From Bdellovibrionota bacterium (GTDB lineage: Bacteria; Bdellovibrionota_C; UBA2361; CALJRW01), in the NCBI GenBank assembly GCA_041740355.1, contig JBGSMD010000067.1, positions 1 to 57,055 of the forward strand: a stretch of 57,055 nt of DNA, read 5' to 3'. The notes beneath the pieces were generated by a model. The model had not been told where the DNA came from. It did no database searches and was given only the letters and a program-made list of their open reading frames with translations. Shown here piece after piece: positions 55,383 to 57,055 of the stretch; the first letter of the stretch is position 1; each line of letters opens with the position of its first letter. Made by a program: the position numbers and the translations under genes.

Positions 55383-56912
55383 ATGCAAAATAGTTACGAT
55401 CAACTAATTTATAACAGTCATCCCCGACCTGAAACTCACCCCTTTCATCTGGCAACTATTGCCACACTCTTTGGCTTAACCCTTCCAAATTTAGATAAAA
55501 TGAGAGTTTTGGAACTGGGTGCCGGGACGGGGGGGAATTTGATTCCCATGGCCGATCAATTTCCCAGGAGTAAATTTTTAGGAATCGACCTATCATTAAA
55601 GCAAGTCGAGTATGGCCGAAAGCAGATTTCCGCATTAAATCTAGAAAATATTGAACTTCGCCAACAATCAATTTTAGATTTTCCGGCAGATTCCGGGCAA
55701 TATGATTTTATTATTTGTCATGGAGTGTTTTCTTGGGTCAATTTTGAAGTCCAGAATAAAATTTTAGAAATTTTTGCTAAACATTTAGCTCCAGAGGGTC
55801 TTGGATATTTAAGTTATAACACTTTGCCGGGGTGGAGGATTAACGGGGCAATGCGTGAGATGATGCAATATCATGCTGCCGAAATTGAGACTCCCGAAGA
55901 GCAGGTGCAGCAAGCGCAAGCCTTAGTACAATTTTTGGCCAATAGCCAAGTTGCACCTGATTCGCCTTATGCTTTGTATTTGCAACAAGTTGCTGATGAA
56001 TTAAAAGTGGCGCCACCTTATTATTTATTTCATGAGTATTTAGAATCAGAAAATCAGGCTTTTTATTTTCATGAAATCATCTCTCGTTTAGAGGAAGCAA
56101 ATTTGGCGTATTTAGGAGATGCCCATTTTGGACTCATGTCTTTAGTTGATTTGCCGGAAGTTACGCAACAGATTCTAAATGGCTTAGAGGATCGCTTAAA
56201 ATTAGAGCAGTATTTAGATTTTATTCGGAATCGTAAATTACGGGAAAGTATTATTTGCCGACCAGATCGCCAGATTAAGTATCCAGTAACTTATCAGACG
56301 CTTGATTCCTTGTTTTGTTCCGCGGAAATTAGTCCTCAGTCTGAGGATAATGGAGAAGCTATATTTGATGTTGCCAATGGCGGACAAATTAGGACGTCTA
56401 GTTCTATTACAATTGCGGCCTTAAATAAAATTAGTGCACTTTGGCCGCAACAAATTAAATTTAGTGAATTAACTAAGGCAGTAATGCCAACTAGCGCAAC
56501 AAAGGAAGATCTTGTTGACTTTCAGGAGGAAGTTTTTGCTTTTTATTCAGCTAATTTAATTGAATTTCGCTTTCGGGAATATGGTCTTACCGCGAATCTC
56601 GCCGGGAGTCCTTGCACAACGCCATTGGCTCGTTTTCAGGCGGTGCGCCAGGGGCAAGTAACCTCCTTGCGACATAAATCGGTAAAATTAGAATCTATTA
56701 CTAGGCAAATCCTAACATTACTTGATGGTACGAGAGATCGGGATGCAGTCCTAGAAGAACTTTTGAAGATGAAAACTCGGGGCGAGTTATTCTTATCGAC
56801 AAGTGATCAGAAATTTACACCAGAGGAGTTTCGCGAATTTTTGCTAACAATTATTGATCGAAGTTTAGTATCACTTGCTAAAAACTCATTTTTCCTAAAT
56901 TCGACAAAATAA
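55383..56912 (+). CDS. SAM methyltransferase with methyltransferase regulatory domain (PKMT-like)
   Basis: VLELGAGTGGN, HGVFSWV, SYNTLPGW, YLFHEYLE, EQYLDFIRNR. Confidence 0.88.
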   Translation: MQNSYDQLIYNSHPRPETHPFHLATIATLFGLTLPNLDKMRVLELGAGTGGNLIPMADQFPRSKFLGIDLSLKQVEYGRKQISALNLENIELRQQSILDFPADSGQYDFIICHGVFSWVNFEVQNKILEIFAKHLAPEGLGYLSYNTLPGWRINGAMREMMQYHAAEIETPEEQVQQAQALVQFLANSQVAPDSPYALYLQQVADELKVAPPYYLFHEYLESENQAFYFHEIISRLEEANLAYLGDAHFGLMSLVDLPEVTQQILNGLEDRLKLEQYLDFIRNRKLRESIICRPDRQIKYPVTYQTLDSLFCSAEISPQSEDNGEAIFDVANGGQIRTSSSITIAALNKISALWPQQIKFSELTKAVMPTSATKEDLVDFQEEVFAFYSANLIEFRFREYGLTANLAGSPCTTPLARFQAVRQGQVTSLRHKSVKLESITRQILTLLDGTRDRDAVLEELLKMKTRGELFLSTSDQKFTPEEFREFLLTIIDRSLVSLAKNSFFLNSTK

Positions 56913-56916
56913 GCAA

Positions 56917-57055
56917 TATAGTAAGTCCAGAAAGTAATTTCCAATAGGAATTACTTTCTGGGGCTTACTATCCCCCGGAGGGATAATAAAAACATATAGT
57001 TATGACAAAAATCACAAAACTAACTTTTGAATATTCGGAAATTAGTTTTTGTCAT
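56917..57055 (+). repeat. Family A double-hairpin dispersed repeat, copy 3 (cut by the window end)
   Basis: Collinear with 14152-14296; stops at ...TTTTTGTCAT just before the expected AACTATA. Confidence 0.9.

Noticed and set aside
940-55671. Numerous 60-133 aa antisense or alternate-frame ORFs (e.g. 9434-9835, 15648-15971, 27407-27697, 38511-38822)
   Set aside because: They overlap well-supported genes and have no recognisable motifs, so they are treated as shadow ORFs
1-57055. CRISPR array, retron/DGR, prophage or autonomous IS
   Set aside because: Repeats are dispersed rather than regularly spaced, and no cas, reverse transcriptase, integrase, transposase or phage structural gene was recognised
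1-57055. tRNA, rRNA, tmRNA, SRP or RNase P genes
   Set aside because: No diagnostic motifs were seen in intergenic regions by eye; a covariance search could still find divergent ones

Overview
AT-rich bacterial DNA (roughly mid-30s % GC by eye). Gene content such as DUF6178, the SPFCPGR-type CcmH, Hanks kinases and VKOR-DsbA suggests a deltaproteobacterial-grade lineage (Bdellovibrionota/Binatota-like); this is an inference. Housekeeping genes (sdaA, lepB, ygfZ, pilD, mlaEFDC, rlmE, tkt, argGH, rpiA, fumC, infC, terC) are mixed with accessory genes. The accessory set includes a serpin, a wHTH/ferritin-like operon, two Ser/Thr kinases, an ECF sigma with an anti-sigma-vWA partner, and a HisKA_2 kinase with a REC-Crp partner. 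I found no rRNA, tRNA, CRISPR array, transposase, integrase or reverse transcriptase. Main observations: (1) an archaeal Hef/FANCM-type helicase without its nuclease domain lies tail-to-tail with a divergent RecJ/DHH nuclease, recalling the archaeal Hef-HAN pair; (2) there is a strongly remodelled RNase II/R-family protein; (3) several families of dispersed palindromic MITE/REP-like elements are present, in which a ~30-bp module sits at the tips of larger hairpins, two elements supply the C-termini and stop codons of genes, and both window ends fall inside repeats; (4) several unusual fusions and candidate regulatory signals occur. All family assignments come from motif recognition by eye, not from database searches.
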